In this document: positions 11,111-25,900 of the stretch, one piece after another
Layout: every line of letters starts with the position of its first letter
How positions within the stretch are numbered: the first letter of the stretch is position 1
NCBI RefSeq assembly: GCF_035084215.1
Contig: NC_090340.1
Location: 14,756,001 to 14,820,000 of the forward strand
Direction of reading: 5' to 3'
DNA length: 64,000 nucleotides
From: Heptranchias perlo
Taxonomy: Eukaryota
Program-made: the position numbers and the translations under genes
Notes under the pieces: generated by a model
Told to the model about the DNA's origin: nothing
Seen by the model: the letters and a program-made list of their open reading frames with translations, nothing else
The model's database searches: none

Positions 11111-13110
11111 CAGAGCGTCAGCAGCAGCAGAGCTTATCAGGAGACCCAGAGCGGCAGATTCAAACAGAGTGCGAGGGCAGCAGCAGCAGAGCCTATCAGG
11201 TGACCCAAAGCGGCAGAGGGGGAAAAACAGAGGGGAAGATTCAAAAAGTGATTTTATGGTGAGCATAGAGTGAGGCATGGTGGAGCCAAGGAATTAGAGC
11301 TAATTGTTTAAGTTATAATTTATCTTAAGTATTACGAGCATAATATCCTATAGCGCAGAGTGTAAGTCAGTGTAAGTATTTATTTTATTGATAAATGTTT
11401 TTTGTGGATATTGTGTTTAGCGGTTAGTGGTTTTTTGCTGATTGCTTGGTGCCTACTAGTGGTTAGTGTTTTAGTGTCAGATAAACGGTAAATTGCCTTA
11501 AAGCTAAACAAACAGTTCAAATAACTGTTAGCTAACATGGTAGGACAGCTGGGGCCAGTCGCATACACATCCTGTGCCATGTGGGAACTCCAGGACACTG
11601 TGTGTGTCCTGGAAAGCCACATGTGTAGGAAGGGCCACCAACTGCTCAGGCTCGAGCTCAGAGTGTTTGCGCTTGAGGGGCGCTGGCATCACTACAGTGT
11701 ATACGGGAATCTGAGAGTTTCATGCATAGCACGTTTCAGGAGGTGGTCACTCCCACAGCTACAGAGAGATCAGGCAGAGACGGAGTGGGTGACGAGCAGA
11801 CAGACTAGGAGGAACAGGCAATCAGTGCAGGAGTTCCCTGGGAGTGTCGTATTCAGTGTTGAATAACAGTGAGGCTGTTGACATCTCGGGGGAGTGCAGT
11901 CAGTAGTAAATCCACGCGCCATGAGAGACTCAGCTGCACAGTGGGGGCAAAGAAATGCAGTCTTACCTCGGTGGTGGGCAAACTATTAGAATCAATACTG
12001 AGAGATAGGATAAACTGTCATTTGGAAAGGCATGGTTTAATCAGGGATAGTCAGCATGGATTTGTTCAGGGAAGGTCATGCCTTACAAATCTGATTGAAT
12101 TCTTTGAGGAAGTGACAAGGAGGATTGATGAGGGTTTTAGTAAGGCCTTTGACAAGGTCCCACATGGCAGACTGGCCAGAAAGGTAAAACCCCATGGGAT
12201 AAAGGGAAATGTGGCGAATTGGATCCAAAATTGGCTCAGTAACAGGAAAAAAAAGTTAAAAGTCGATGGATGTCTTTGTGAATGGAAATCCGTTTCCAGT
12301 GGTGTGCCACAGGGCTCACTGTTGGGTCCCTTGCTGTTCGTGGTATCGATTAATGATTTCGACTTGAACGAAGGGGGCACGATTGGCAAATTTGCAGACG
12401 ACACAAAAATTGGCCGTGTGGTTGAAAGTGAAGAGGATAGCTGTAGACTGCAAGAAGATATCAATAGTATGGTGGAGTGGGCGGAAAAGTGGCAAATGGA
12501 GTTGAACCCAGAGAAGTGTGAGGTCATGCACTTCGGGAGGGCAAACAGTAAAAGGAAATACGCAGTAAACGGGAATATATTGAGAGGGGTGGAGGAAGTG
12601 AGAGGCCTCGAGTGCATGTGCACAGGTCCCCGAAGGTGGCAGTACAGGTAGATAAGGTTGTGAAGAAGGCATACGGAATGCTCTCCATTATTAGCTGAGG
12701 AATAGAATATAAAAGCAAGGATGTAATGATGGAACTGTATAAAACAGTGGTAAGGCCACAACTGGAGTACTGTGCGCAGTTCTGTTCATCACATTCCAGG
12801 AAGGACGTAATTGCTCTGGAGAGAGTGCAGAGAAGATTTACAAGAATGTTGGCAGGGCTTGAAAATTGCAGCTACGAGGAGAGATTGGATTGGCTGGGGT
12901 AGTTTTCCTTGGAGCAGAGGAGGCTGAGGGGTGACTTGATTGAGGTGTACAAAATTATGAGGGGCCCAGCCCAGATAGAATAGACAGGAAGTACCTGTTT
13001 CCCCTAGTGGAGAGTTCAAGAACTAGAGGACGTAGATATAAGGTGGTTGGCGGAAGGATTAGTGGGGATATGAGAAAAACTTTTTTACCCAGAGGGTGGT
13101 CGGTGTATGG
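11110..13110 (+). mobile_element. Internally deleted CR1 LINE (ORF1 zinc-finger start joined to ORF2 RT)
   Basis: SCAMWELQD..MCRK ORF1 motif, followed by QHGF..SCLTNL, SGVPQGS and KFADD. Confidence 0.85.
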
Positions 13111-14300
13111 AAACATAGAAACATAGAAGCATAGTAACTAGGAGCAAGTATAGGCCATTCGGCCCTTTGGTCCTTCTCCACCATTCAAAATGATCATGGC
13201 TGATCGTCTAACTCAGTACCCTGTTCCCGCTTTTTCCCCATATCCCTTGATCCCATTAGCATTAAGAAATATATCTATCTCCTTTCTGAATACATCTAAT
13301 AACTTGGCCTCCACTGCCTTCTGTGGTAGAGAATTCCACAGGTTCACCACCCTCTGAGTGAAGAAATTTCTCCTCATCTCGGTTCTAAATGGCATACCCC
13401 GTATCTTGAGACAGTGACCCCTGATTCTGGACTCCCCAGCCATCGGGAACATCCTCCCTGCATCTAGTCTATTTAGTCCTGTTTGAATTTTATATGTTTC
13501 GATAAGATCACCTCTCATACCCAATCTCTTCTCATACGTCAGTCCTGCCATCCCAGGAATCAGTCTGGTAAACCTTCGTTGCATTCCCTCCATGGCAAGG
13601 ACATCCTTCCTCAGATAAGGAGGCCAAAACTGCACACAATACTCCAGATGTGGTCTCACCAAGGCCCTGTATAACTGCAGTAAGGCATCTCTGCTCCTGT
13701 ACTCAAACCCTCTTGCAATAAAGGCCAACATACCAATCCCATTTCCTAAATGCTTGCTGAACCTGAATGCTCGCTTTCAGCGACTAGTGCACAATAACAC
13801 CCAGGTCTCGTTACACCACCCCTTTTCCCAATCTATCACCATTCAGATAACAATCTGCCTTTCTGTTTTTGCAACCAAAGTGGATAACCTCACATTTATC
13901 CACGTTAGGCAGCATCTGCCATGTTCTTGCCCACTCACCCAACTTGTGTAAATCATATTGGAGCCTCTTTGCATCCTCCTCACAGCTCACATTCCGCCCC
14001 AGCTTTGTGTCGTCTGCAAACTTGGGAATGTTACATTTAGTTCCCTCATCCAAATCATTGAAATATTTTGTGAATAGCAGGGGCCCAGGCACTGATCCCT
14101 GCGGTACCCAACTGGTCACTGCCTGCCAGCCGGAAGAAGACCCGTTTATTCCTATTCTCTGTTTCCTGTCTGTCAACCAATTCTCAATCCGTGCCAGTAT
14201 ATTCCCCCCAATCCCATTTGCTTTCATTTTGCACACTAAACTCTTGTTTGTGACATTATCAAAAGCCTTCTGAAAATCCAATACATCACATCCTCTGCCC
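13111..14300 (-). mobile_element. CR1 LINE 3' portion
   Basis: RT motifs (DFQKAFD, KFADD), ORF2 C-terminus and an (AAACATAG)n tail. Confidence 0.85.
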
Positions 14301-17300
14301 GAATTGGTGGTAGAGGCAGGGACCCTCAACGCTTTTAAAAAGTACCTGGACCTGCATCTAAAGTGCTGTAAACTGCAGGGCTATGGACCGGATGCTGGAA
14401 TGTTGGATTAGAATGGGCACCTGGTTGTTCTTCGAGCCGGCGCGGACAGGTTGGGCCGAATGGCCCGCTTCTCTGCTGTATGGTTCTATTCGTTGGTTCT
14501 ATTAAACGGGATTCGATAATCGGGGGATAGACAGGCATTTCTGCAACCGCCGACGTGAGTCCTGCATGGTGTGTTGCGTCCCTGGTGCCAGGGTAAAGGA
14601 CGCCACTGAGAGGGTGCAGAACATTTTGAGGGGGAAAGGGAACAGTCAGAAGTTGTGGTCCATGTGGGAACCAATGATATAGGAAGGAAAAGGGTTGAGG
14701 TCCTGCAGTCACAGTTTCTGAGTTAAGGGGCGGGTGGCATCATTACAGTGCATACGGAAAGCTGAGAGTTTCATGGATAGCACGTTTCAGGAGGTGGTCA
14801 CTCAGCAGCGACAGACACTTCAGGCTGATAGGGAGTGCGCGACTCATGTCGGCACGTGCAAGGGAGCAAGTTGAAAAGTAGGACCTCAAACGTACTAATC
14901 TCTGGATTACTCCCAGTGCCACTCGCTAGTGATTATAGCAATAGTAGGATAAGACAGGTTAATCTGTGGCTGGAGCATTGGTGCAGGGGGGACGACTTCA
15001 GATTCCTGTGACATTGGGGCCATTTATGGGGCAGGAGGGATCTGTTCAAGACGGACGGGTTGCACCTCAATAGAGTTGTGACCAATGTCCTCGCGGGGAG
15101 GTTAACCAGTGATACGGGAAGGGTTTACACTAATTTGGATGGGTATGGGCAGCAGAAGGAAATATTAGAGGTGATAAACAAGGTACACAGAGGACTGGGA
15201 GCGACTAATAGCACTAGAGTAAAGAGTAGTTCAGAAATTGGAGAGACCAGACAGGGGGCAAATGCAAGGCAGTCCAAGATGAGATTGGAGTGCTTGTGCG
15301 TGAATGCACTTACTGTGGTAAATAAGTTTGGTGAGCTACATCAAGTTGGAACATTCAAATGGAACTATGATACAGTGGCATAACAGTCCTGGCTCAAAGA
15401 AGGGGACGATTGGGTATTTAATATTCCTGGCAACAAGGTATTCGGGAAATATAGGGAAGGAAAGAAAGGAGGAGGCGTCAGTATTAATCAATGTAAGTAT
15501 TATAGCACTGGAAAAGGATGATGCAGCTTTGGTGTCAAAGACAGAATCTGTTTGGTTATTAGTAAGGAACAATAGATGAGCTATTTCCCTATTGGGTGCA
15601 TGCTATAGGCCACCAAATAGTTGGAAGGAGGTCGAGGAGGAAATATGCAGGCAAATCACTGCAAGATGCAAGAGCTATAGAGTAGTGATAATGGGGGTCT
15701 TCAATTGCCCTAATATAGACTGGGACAGTAAAAGCATAAAGGGCAAAGAGGGAAAGAATTTCCTGAAATGTATTCAGGAGAACTTTCTGGAACAGTGTGT
15801 TTCCAGCCCAGTCAAGAAGGAATCAGTGCTGAATCCAATTCTGGGGAAAGAAGTGGGGTAGTTGCATCATTTTTCGGTGGGGGGAGCATTTGGGGAACAG
15901 AGATCATAATATCATTAGGTTTAGAATAGTTATGGAAAAAGGCAAGGAACAATCAAATGTGAAAATGGATAACTGGAGGAGGGCAAATTTCAGTGAGTTA
16001 CAAGGGGTTCTTGCCCTGGTGGATTGGAATCAAAAATTGCTCGGCAAAGCAGTAATTGAACAATGGGAGGCTTCCACAGAGGAGTTGGTTCGGGTACGAA
16101 GTAGACACATCCCTACGAGGGGGAAAGGAAGGCCATCGAAAGCCAGAGCTCCCAGGATGACTAAAGATATAGAGATTAGAATGAAACAGAAAAAGGAGGC
16201 CTTATGAAAATATAAGGTTTATAATACAGTAGAGTCAGGCTGAATACAGAAATTATAGCGAGGACCTAAAAACAGGGACTAAGAGGGGCAAGGAGAAAGA
16301 GTGTGACAATAGATCAGCGGCTGACATAAAACATAAAAGAGACCCCAAAAGTAAAAGGGGAGTCAATGGAAACGTGGGACCGATTAGGGACAAAAAGGAG
16401 CTGTATTTGTGGAGGCAGAGGGCATGGCTTAGGCACTAAATGAATAATTCGCATCTGCCTTCACGAGAGAATAGGATGCTTCCATTGTAGCAGAAAAGGA
16501 GGAGGTAGTAGCAATATTGGATCAGATAAAAATAGATAAAGAGGAGGCACTTAAAAGATTGACTGTGGAAAAGTAGAAAAGTCACCCGGTCCAGATGGGA
16601 TACATTCTTGATTACTGAGGGAAGCAAGGGTGGAAATTGCGGAGGCTCTGGCCACAATCTTTTAATCCTCCTTAGATATGGGGATGGTGCTGAAGGGCTG
16701 GAGGATTGCAAATGTTACAACCCTGGTCCAAGAAAGGAAGAGGGATAAACCCGACATTTACAGGTCAGTCAGCCTAACGTCGTCGGTGCAAAAGCTTTTA
16801 GAGACAATAATCCGGGACAAAATTAATTGGCACTTGGTAAAGTATGGACTAATAAATAAAAGTCAGCACAGATTTGTTAAAGGAAAATCGTGCTCAACTA
16901 ACTTGATTGAGTTATTTGATGAAGTAACGGAGAGGGCTGATGAGCGTAGTGCAGTTGATGTTGTGCATGTGGACTTTCAAAAAGCACTTGATAAAGTACC
17001 AAATAAAAGACTTGTTAGCAAAATTAAAGCCCATGGGATTAAAGAGACAGTGGCAGCGAGGATACGAAATTGGCTAAGGGACAAGAAGCAGAAAGCAGCG
17101 TCGAACTGTTGCTTTTCAGACTGGACGGAAGTATACAGTGGTGTTCCCAAGGGATCAGCATTAGGACCACTGCTCTTTCTGATATATATTAATGATCTGG
17201 ACTTGGGTATAGAGGGCATAATTTCAAAGTTTGCAGATGATATTAAACTCAGAAATATAGTAAACAATGTGAAGGATAGCAAAAGACTTCAGGGGGAGAA

Positions 17301-17690
17301 GTGTGAAATAATGCATTTTGGCAGGAAGAATGAGGAGAGGCAACATAAACTAAATAGTATAATTTTAAACGAGGTGCAGGAACACAAAGACCAAGGGGTG
17401 CACATACTCAAATCTTTGAAGGTGGCAGGACAAGTTGAGAAGGCTGTTAAAAAAGCATATAGGATCCTGCGCTTTATCAAAGAGGCAAAGAGTATAAAAG
17501 GATAGAAATTATGCTAGAACTTATTGAAACACTGGTTAGGCCGCAGCTGGAATATTGTGTTCTATTCCGGGCAACATACTTTAGGAAGGATCTCAAGGCC
17601 TTAGAGAAGGTGCAGTAGAGATTTAGTATAATGGTGCCCGGGACGAGGGACTTCAGTAATGTGGAGAGACTGGAGAAGCATAACTCCTTA
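14300..17690 (+). mobile_element. Degenerate CR1 LINE(s): 3' tail, ORF1 esterase, endonuclease, RT
   Basis: GDSI/DGLHLN esterase motifs; YRPPN, MGxFN and DHN endonuclease motifs; KFADD RT motif. Confidence 0.85.
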
Positions 17691-17709
17691 CACACTAATT
17701 CACACTCAC

Positions 17710-18020
17710 CATTACTCAAAACAACTTCAATCAGATGAATTTTTATATGTGATAGACTCATGTCCGAAATTTGAGAGGCTCACATTTTTTATAAGAATTT
17801 TACAGTGGCCACACTAAAGGTCTGGCTTCCATAACTTGATAGGCTCAACAACCTCAATTTTAATTCAGCAATATCAAAATTAAACAAGACAGAATAGATT
17901 AAATTATCAATATAGCACACGCTTATTAAAACCCAACAAATTACTTCATCTTTCGTTTTGTCCTTCTTTAGCTGAGAAAATACAGGAGATAACTGCTTTA
18001 GCAGCTATACAATATCTGTC
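17710..18020 (-). pseudogene. Possible decayed Ig V-domain exon, antisense to the cluster
   Basis: Frame-hopping segments KAVISCIFS / EVICW / GHCKILIKNVSLSNFG / IEVVLSN, followed by G|GTGAGT. Contains several stops and frameshifts. Confidence 0.3.
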
Positions 18021-18459
18021 TTACATTACACAGAAGAGGAAAATACATAACATGCATTAAAAAGGGTCCATTGCCGACAACAGCGAAAAGAAAGCACTCA
18101 CAATGAGGACACGCTTTTTAAAGAGACAGCATACTGAAAAGAAAAGAACACATTCCGTAGCTTGTGATCCTCTCTTCCTTTCTCCTTCTTGATTGCATCA
18201 TAGAATCTTATTCTGTACTGACTCAAAGCGGGTTGAATTCGATAACTCCAGGAATTCAAGGCACACATGAATGTTACGATTCATACTGCTTGTTCATTTA
18301 CCTGATTTTGTCCAGCAGCCAGGCCGAACTGCACTGTTGAATGGCTTCTCACCAGCAAGAAGGCGGGGGGGGGGGGGGTATGCTCAGGTATTGCGTGAGT
18401 GGCTCGCACCTCTTAAAGGCAGCCTGCAACTCTGAAAGGCAGCCCACACCTCTTACGTG

Positions 18460-19800
18460 CTAAATATAACATACGGGTTCACACAGAGTCTGAATAGAGT
18501 TCTGATCCCACCTAATACTGCACTATTTGTTACTCTAGTTCTATCTGCCTCTCCCAAGCCCTTGTGCACCTTGTTTCTCCTTTCTAATGCTAATCCCTGG
18601 TGCCCACCAACCTACCAAATTAGTTTAACCGCCCACTCTCCCCCGCAGCACTATTGAACCTCCGCGCGAGTACATTGGTCCCAGCTCTGTTGACGTGCAA
18701 AAGTCTGTCTTGAACTGATCCCTCCTGCCCCAGAACTGGGCCCAACGCACCAAGAATCTGAAGCCCTCCCTTTTGCATCATATCTCCAGCCACACATTAA
18801 CCTGCCTTATCTTCCTATTTCTGTACTGACTGGCGCATGGGACTGGGAGTAATCCAAAGATTACTACCTTTGAGGTCCTGTTTTTTAGCTTCCTCTCTAG
18901 CTCCTGAAACTCTAGCCACAGGACCTCATCCCTTTTCTTTCCTATGTCTTTGGTAGCCAGATGGACCACGACTTCTGGCTGTTCGCCTTCCCCCCGCAGA
19001 ATGTTCTGTACCCTCTCTATGATGTCCTTTACACTAGCACCAGGGAGGCAACACAACATGCAGGACTCAAGTCGACGATCACAGAAACGCCTATCTCTCC
19101 CCCTGACTATCGAATCCCCGAAAACTACTACATTTCTACACTTCACTGTGACCCTCTGCAGTCCTTTGCCCATGGTCCCATACTCAGGATTTGACTCCTC
19201 CGAGGTGTCGTCACCCTCACTGGTATTCAATGCTGAAAACCGGTTTGAAAGTGCCACACACCTGGAAGATTCCTACACTGCCTGCCTCTTCCTATCCTTT
19301 CGGATGGCCACCCACTTGCTATCCTGAACTCTCTGTGGCTGCGGGGTAACCACCTCCTGGAACGTACGATCCAGGAAACCTTCAACCTCCCTTATGCTCT
19401 GCAGTGACTTCAGCTGCCCTTCCAGCTCACAAACCCTCAGCTTGAGCTCGAGCAACTGAAGGCATTTCCTGTACATGTGGCCTTCCAGGACACATAAACC
19501 ATCCTGTAGTTCCCACATGGCGGAAGAATTGCAGGCAATGGGTCTCAGCTGCCCGTCCATTATGTTTAGAAACCTTTTATTTTTCTAAACTCCCTTAAGA
19601 TGCTCTTATTATTGATTTACTTATTGTTACTTAACCCGATTAACCTACCCTTTTAGTCCGGTTCTATCAGAGCACTTCCTTTCTGTGCACTGTCCTTCTC
19701 CAACTACATCTGATTCTCCCCTCACCAAATTCTCAACCACCCACTGTGCAATCCACTCCGTTCACTCTGTGCTTCAGCAGATACCGTCTACTTTATACAC
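18460..19800 (-). mobile_element. CR1 ORF1 (zinc finger + SGNH/GDSL esterase) fragment
   Basis: CNSSAMWE..KCL, VVFGDSIVRG, CLPGA, VVVHL, VVIFGLLPVP. Confidence 0.85.
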
Positions 19801-20474
19801 CTTTTAAGGACAGCAGTTACAACTGCTCGATCAACCTCCAGCACACAGTAATTACTCTCTATTCAGACAAACACTTACAGCTGATTAACTATTTACTGCC
19901 ACTGACTTGCAGATTCTGTTAACTGCTATCTAATTTGCACATTTTCCATAACAGTAGAACTTTGCATAATATCCTATTCTTTACAACCTTTGACTCATTG
20001 TGAACAATGCCACAAGAGATTCACTAGTTATGTATAAAACAAATCTAACAGCTTTGCATAGGTCACGTCTCCTTCATCCATTATAAATATATCACTGTAC
20101 ATGATTAATAGAAACAGCCAAAATAAACTTGTCACACTGCAGGTACACCATGTCACCAGTGAAGTCTCTACTGCGCCAGGACAAGCAAGAAAGTGTAATT
20201 AGAGATTGACAAGTTTAACTTGGCAGTTTACATTATAAATCTGGGTACAAGAATTACTATGGAAAATGCAGAAAAAATAAGACGTGATATATGACTTTAA
20301 AACGTGATTGAATATCTATGTGCACATTCTGGTCCAATTATAAGCTGCCGATTAAATCGTTTTAATTGAAGACAACACATGGCCTTGAATCTCTGTCTGC
20401 AAAGCCACGGGCAGTTAATTAGTAATATATGAACAATCTTACATCTACACATATTTCAAATATAAATTCCGCTC

Positions 20475-23400
20475 ATAAGAACATAGGAATATAAGAAATA
20501 GGAGCTGGAGTCGGCCATACAGCCGCTCGAGACTGCTCCACCATTCAATAAGATCAAGGCTGATCTTCGACATCAATTCCACTTTCCCACCCGATCCCCA
20601 AATCCCTTGATTCCCCGAGAGTCCAAAAATCTATCGATCTCAGTCTTGAATATAGTCAACGACTGAGCATCTGCAGCTCTCTGGGGTGGAGAATGCCAAA
20701 GATTCACAACCCTCTGAGTAAAGAAATTCCTCCTCATCTCAGTCCTAAATGGCTAACCTCTTATCCTAAGACTATGGCCCCTAGTTCCAGACTTTCCACT
20801 CAGAGGAAACAGCCTCTCACCATCGACCATGTCAAGCCCTCTCAGAATCGTATATGTTTCAATGAAAATAGCTCTCATTCTTCCAAATTCCATAGAGTAT
20901 CGGCCCATTTCACTCTATTTCTCCTCATAGGACAACACTCCCATTCCAGGAATTAATCTAGTGAACCTTTGTTGCACCTCCTTTAAGGCAAGTAAATCCT
21001 TCCGTAAGTAAGAGGACCAAAACTTTACAAAGTACACCAGGTGTGGTCTCACCAAAGCCCTGTACAATTGTGACAAGACTTCCTTATTCTTGTACTCCAA
21101 CCCCCTTGCAATAAAGGCCAATGTACCATGTTCCTCCCTGATTGCTTGCTATACTTTCATGTTAACTTTCTGTGTTTCGTGAACAAGAATATCCGAATCA
21201 TAGAATCATAGATCATAGAATGTTATGGCACAGAAGGAGGCCATTCGGCCCATCGTGTCCGTGCCAGCCGGAAAAGAGCAGTCCAGTTTAATCCCACTTT
21301 CCAGGGCTTGGTCCGTAGCCCTATAGATTACTGCATTTTATGTGCACATCCAGGTATTTTTGAATGAGTTGAGGGTTTCTGCCTCTACCACCCCTTCAGC
21401 CAGTGAGTTTCAGACCCCCACCACCCTCTGGGTGAAGAAAAGTCTCCTCAGCTCCCATCTAATCCTTCGACCAAATACTTTGAATCTATGCCCCAGGTCG
21501 CTGATCCCTCTGCTAAGGGAAATAGGTCCTTCCTATCCACTCTATCATAGAATCATCGAAAGGTTACAGCACGGAAGGAGGCCCATCAGCCCATCAAGTC
21601 CGCCCCGGCTCTATGCTGGAGCAATCCAGCTAGTCCCACTCCCCTGCACTTTCCCTGTAGCCCTGCAATATTTTTCTTTTCAACTTCTTATCCAGTTCCC
21701 ATTTGACGGCCATGATTGAATCTGCTTCCACCACCCCCTAGGTTAGTGCATTCCAGATCCTAACCACTCGCTGTGTAATAAAGTTTTTCTTCATTTCACC
21801 TTTGTTGTTTTTCTGTGCCAGTAACCTTAAATCTATGTTCTCTGGTCCTTGACCCTTCCGGCAATGGGAACAGTTTCTCTCTGTCTACTCTGTCTAGACA
21901 CTTCATGATTTTGAATGCCTCTATCAAATCTCCTCGCAACCGTCTCTGTTCCAAGGAGAACAACCCCAGCTTCTCCAGTCTATCCACCTAACTAAAGTCC
22001 CTCATCCCTGGAATCATTCTAGTAAATCTCTTCTGCACTACTTCTAAGGCCTTCATATCTTTCCTAAGGTGCCCAGAACTGGACACAATACTTCAGTTGT
22101 GGCAGAACCAATGCTTTATAAAGGTGCATCGTGACTTCCATACTTTTGTGCTCTATGCCTCTATTTATAAAGCTCAGGATCCCGTATACTTTTTCAACCT
22201 GCCCTGCCATCTTCAACGATATGTGCACATATACCCACAGATCTCTCTGTTTCTGTACCCCTTTTACAGTCGTGCACTGTAGTTTATATTGTCTCTCCTC
22301 ATTCTTCCTACCGGAGTATATCAATTTGCATTTTCCTACATTAAATTTCAGCTGTCATGTGTCCACCCATGCCACCAGCCTGTCTATATCCTTTTGAAGT
22401 CTATCATTATTAAAATCCTCCTCACTGTTTACTACCCTTCCAAATTTTGTGTCATCTGCACATTTTGAAGTTGTGCCCAGTACACCCAAGTCCAAGTCAT
22501 TAACATATATCAAGAAAAGCAGTGGTCCCAGCACTGACATCAGGGATCACCATTCTACACCACAACTCTCTGTTTCCCGAGCCATCTCCTCCTTAAAGGC
22601 TGCCCACTGTTCAATTACAGTTTTGCCTGCCAATCTTTGATTCCAAATTACCCGAGCACTATCTGTTCTCATGCCATTGAGATTGGCCCTTCTCCAATTG
22701 AGTATTTTTTACTTTAGACTGGTCTGTGAGCTTTTGCATAGCTATTCCAAACCTTATCATACTCGGATCGCTGCTCCCTGAATGCTCTCCCACTGACACT
22801 TGCTCCACTTGGCCCACCTCATTCCCCAGAACCAAGTCCAGCAATGCCTCCTTCCTAATTGGGCCAGAAACGTATGGGTTAAGAATGTTATCCTGAACAC
22901 ATTTCAAAAATTCCTCCCCCTCTGTGCCCTTATATTATTATTGTTATCCCAGTCTATGTTAGGATAGTTGAAGTCCCCAGTTAGCACTACTCCAGAGCTA
23001 TTGCACCTCTCTGTAATTTCCCTGCAAATTTGCTCCTCTATATCCTTCCCACTAATTGGTGGCCTTTAGAATACACCCAGTAGTGCAATGGCCCCTCTTT
23101 TATTTTTTTAACTCTAACCAAATAGATTCTGTCCTTGACCCCTAAAAGACATCCTCTTTCTTCGGTACTGCAATATTCTCCTTAACCAATACTGCCACCT
23201 ACCCGCCCCCCACCTCCTTTTTTCCTTCCTGATCTTTCCCGAACACTTTGTATCAATGAATATTTAGCACACAATCCTGTCCTTTTTTGAGCCAGGTCTC
23301 CATTATCGCCACGACATCGTATTCCCATGTGGCTATTTGCGTCTGGACCTCACCAAACTTGTTTACCACTCTTCGTGCGTTTACACACTTGCACTGCAAA

Positions 23401-25900
23401 CCAATCATACCCTTTCCTTTACTCTCTCTTAGTCTGATCCCACCTAATTCTGTATTATTACTTGCTTTAATGCTATTCATCTCCCCCGATCCTTTGTGCC
23501 CATTGTTTCTCATTTCCATTGTACACACTGGTGCCCATCCCCCTGCAATACTAGTTTAAACACCCCCTCCCAAAGCACTTTCGAAACCTCCCCGCAAGGA
23601 CATTGGTCCCAGCTCTATTGACGTGCAACCCATCCGTCCTGTACAGGTCCCACCTTCCCCAGAACAGGTCCCAATGCTCCAGCAATCTAAAGTCCTCCTT
23701 CCTGCACCATCTCTCCAGCCACGCATTCACCTGCTCTATCCTCCTATTTCTATGCTCAGTAACGTGTGGCACCGGGAGCAATCCGGAGTTTACTACTTTT
23801 GAGGTCTTGTTTCTTAATCTCTTTGCCATCAAAATTTTAGGAGCCTCAATTAAATCTCCCCTCAGCTTGCTTTGTTCCAAAGAAAACAACCCCAGGCTAT
23901 CCAATCTTTTCTCATGAATAAATTCTCCAGCCCTGGCAACATCCTCGTAAATCTCCTCTGTACCCTTTCTGGTGCAATCACATATTTCCTGTAATGTGGT
24001 GCCCAGAACTGTATGCAGTACTCAAGCTGTGTGTAACCAATGTTTTATATGGCTCTAGCATAACCTCCTTGTGCTATACTCTATGCCTCGGATAATAAAG
24101 GAAAGTATCCCGTATGCCTTTTTAAACACCTTATCCACCCGTCCTGCTACCTTCAGGGATATGTGAACATGCACTCCAAGGTCCCTTTGTTCCTCGACAC
24201 CTCTCAACATCCTTCCATTTATCCCTTGCCTTGTTTGCCCTCCCAAATGCATCACCTCACACTTCTTTGGATTGACTTCCACCAAATCTCTCTGAACACC
24301 TACTCTTACTAATTTCTCACCATTTAATAAATAATCTGTTTGTCTACTCTTCCTACCAAAGTGAATAACCTCACATTTCACATTATACTCCGTCTGCCAC
24401 CTTCTTGCCGACTCACTTAAACTGTCTATATCCCTTTGCAGACTCTTTGTGTCACACAGCTTACTTTCCCACCTCGCTTTTTATGGTCAGCAAACGTAGA
24501 TACATTACACTCGGTCCCTTCATCTCAGTCATTAATATAGATTGTAACTAGCTGAGGCTCAAGCACTGATCAGTGTGGCACCACCCTAATTACAGCCTGC
24601 CAACCAGAAAATGACTCGTTTATTCCTACTCTTTATTTTCTGTCCGTTAACCAATCATCTATCCATGCTAGTATATTACCACCAACTCCATAAGCCCATA
24701 TCTTATGTCACAACCTTTTGTGTGGCAACTTATCGAATGCATTTGAAAATCCAAATATACTACATCCACTGGCTCCCCGTTATCTACCCTGCTAGTTACA
24801 TCCTCAAAAAATTCCAATAGATTTGTCAAATACGATTTCCATTTCATAAAATCATGTTGACTCTGCCGAATCATATTATGATTTTCTAAGTGCCCCGTTA
24901 CTTTGTCCTTAATAGTGGATTCCAGCATTTTCCCGACAACTGATGTCAAGCCAAATGGCCTGTAGTTGCTTGTTTTCGCTCCCTCTTTTCTTGAATAGCG
25001 GTGTTACATTTGATACACACCAAGCTATTGGGACCCTTCTCGAAAATAGGCAATTTTGAAAGATCACAACCAATGCATCCATTATTTCTGCAGCCACCTC
25101 TTTTAGAACTCTAGAACTTTAGGATTTCGGCCATCAGGTCCAGGGGATTCATTGGCTTTTAGTCCCATTAATTTCTCCAGTACCTTTTCTTTGCTAATAT
25201 TAATTACGTTAAGTTCCTCATTCTTGTTAGACCCTTGGTTTCCCACTATTTCGAGCATTTTTTTGTGTTCTCTACTGTGAAGACAAATATAAAATACTTG
25301 TTTAACGTCTCTGCCATTTCCTTATTCCCCATTATAATTTTTCCTGTCTGTGCCTCTAAGGGACCAAGGTTTAACGTCGTTACTCCCTTCCTTTTTATAT
25401 ACTTGTAGAAATCTTACAATCTGGTCTTATAATTCTTTTTAGTTTACTCTCATTTTCTATTTTCTCCCACTTCATCAATTTTTTATCATCCTTTGCAGGT
25501 TTCTAAAACTTTCCTAATCCTTAGGCTTACTTCCCTTGTTCGCAACATTATAAGCCTCTTCTTTTAATCTAATACTATCCATAACTTCTTTAGTTAACCA
25601 CGGATGGATCACTTTTCCAGTGGAGTTTGTATTCCTCAATGGAATATATATTTGTTGAGAATTATGATTTTTTTTTTAAATGTTCACCACTGCTTGTCCA
25701 CCGGCATATCTTTTAACCTAATTTCCCAATCAACTTAGCTAACTCTCCTCTTATACCTATGTTACTGGCTTTGTTTATGCTCAAGACTCTAGTTTTGGAC
25801 TTAAGTATGTAACGTCGAACTCAATGTGAAATTCTATCACATTATGATCACTCTTCCCCAGAGGATGCCTTACCATAAGATTATTTCTTCACTTTTATCA
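20475..25900 (-). mobile_element. Stack of nested, fragmented CR1 LINEs
   Basis: Several RT, endonuclease and esterase fragments, and CATAGAAT-type tails at about 20475, 21200 and 21546. Confidence 0.85.

Noticed and set aside
18778-19257. Host GDSL/SGNH lipase gene
   Set aside because: Standard esterase domain of CR1 ORF1, repeated in several LINE copies here.
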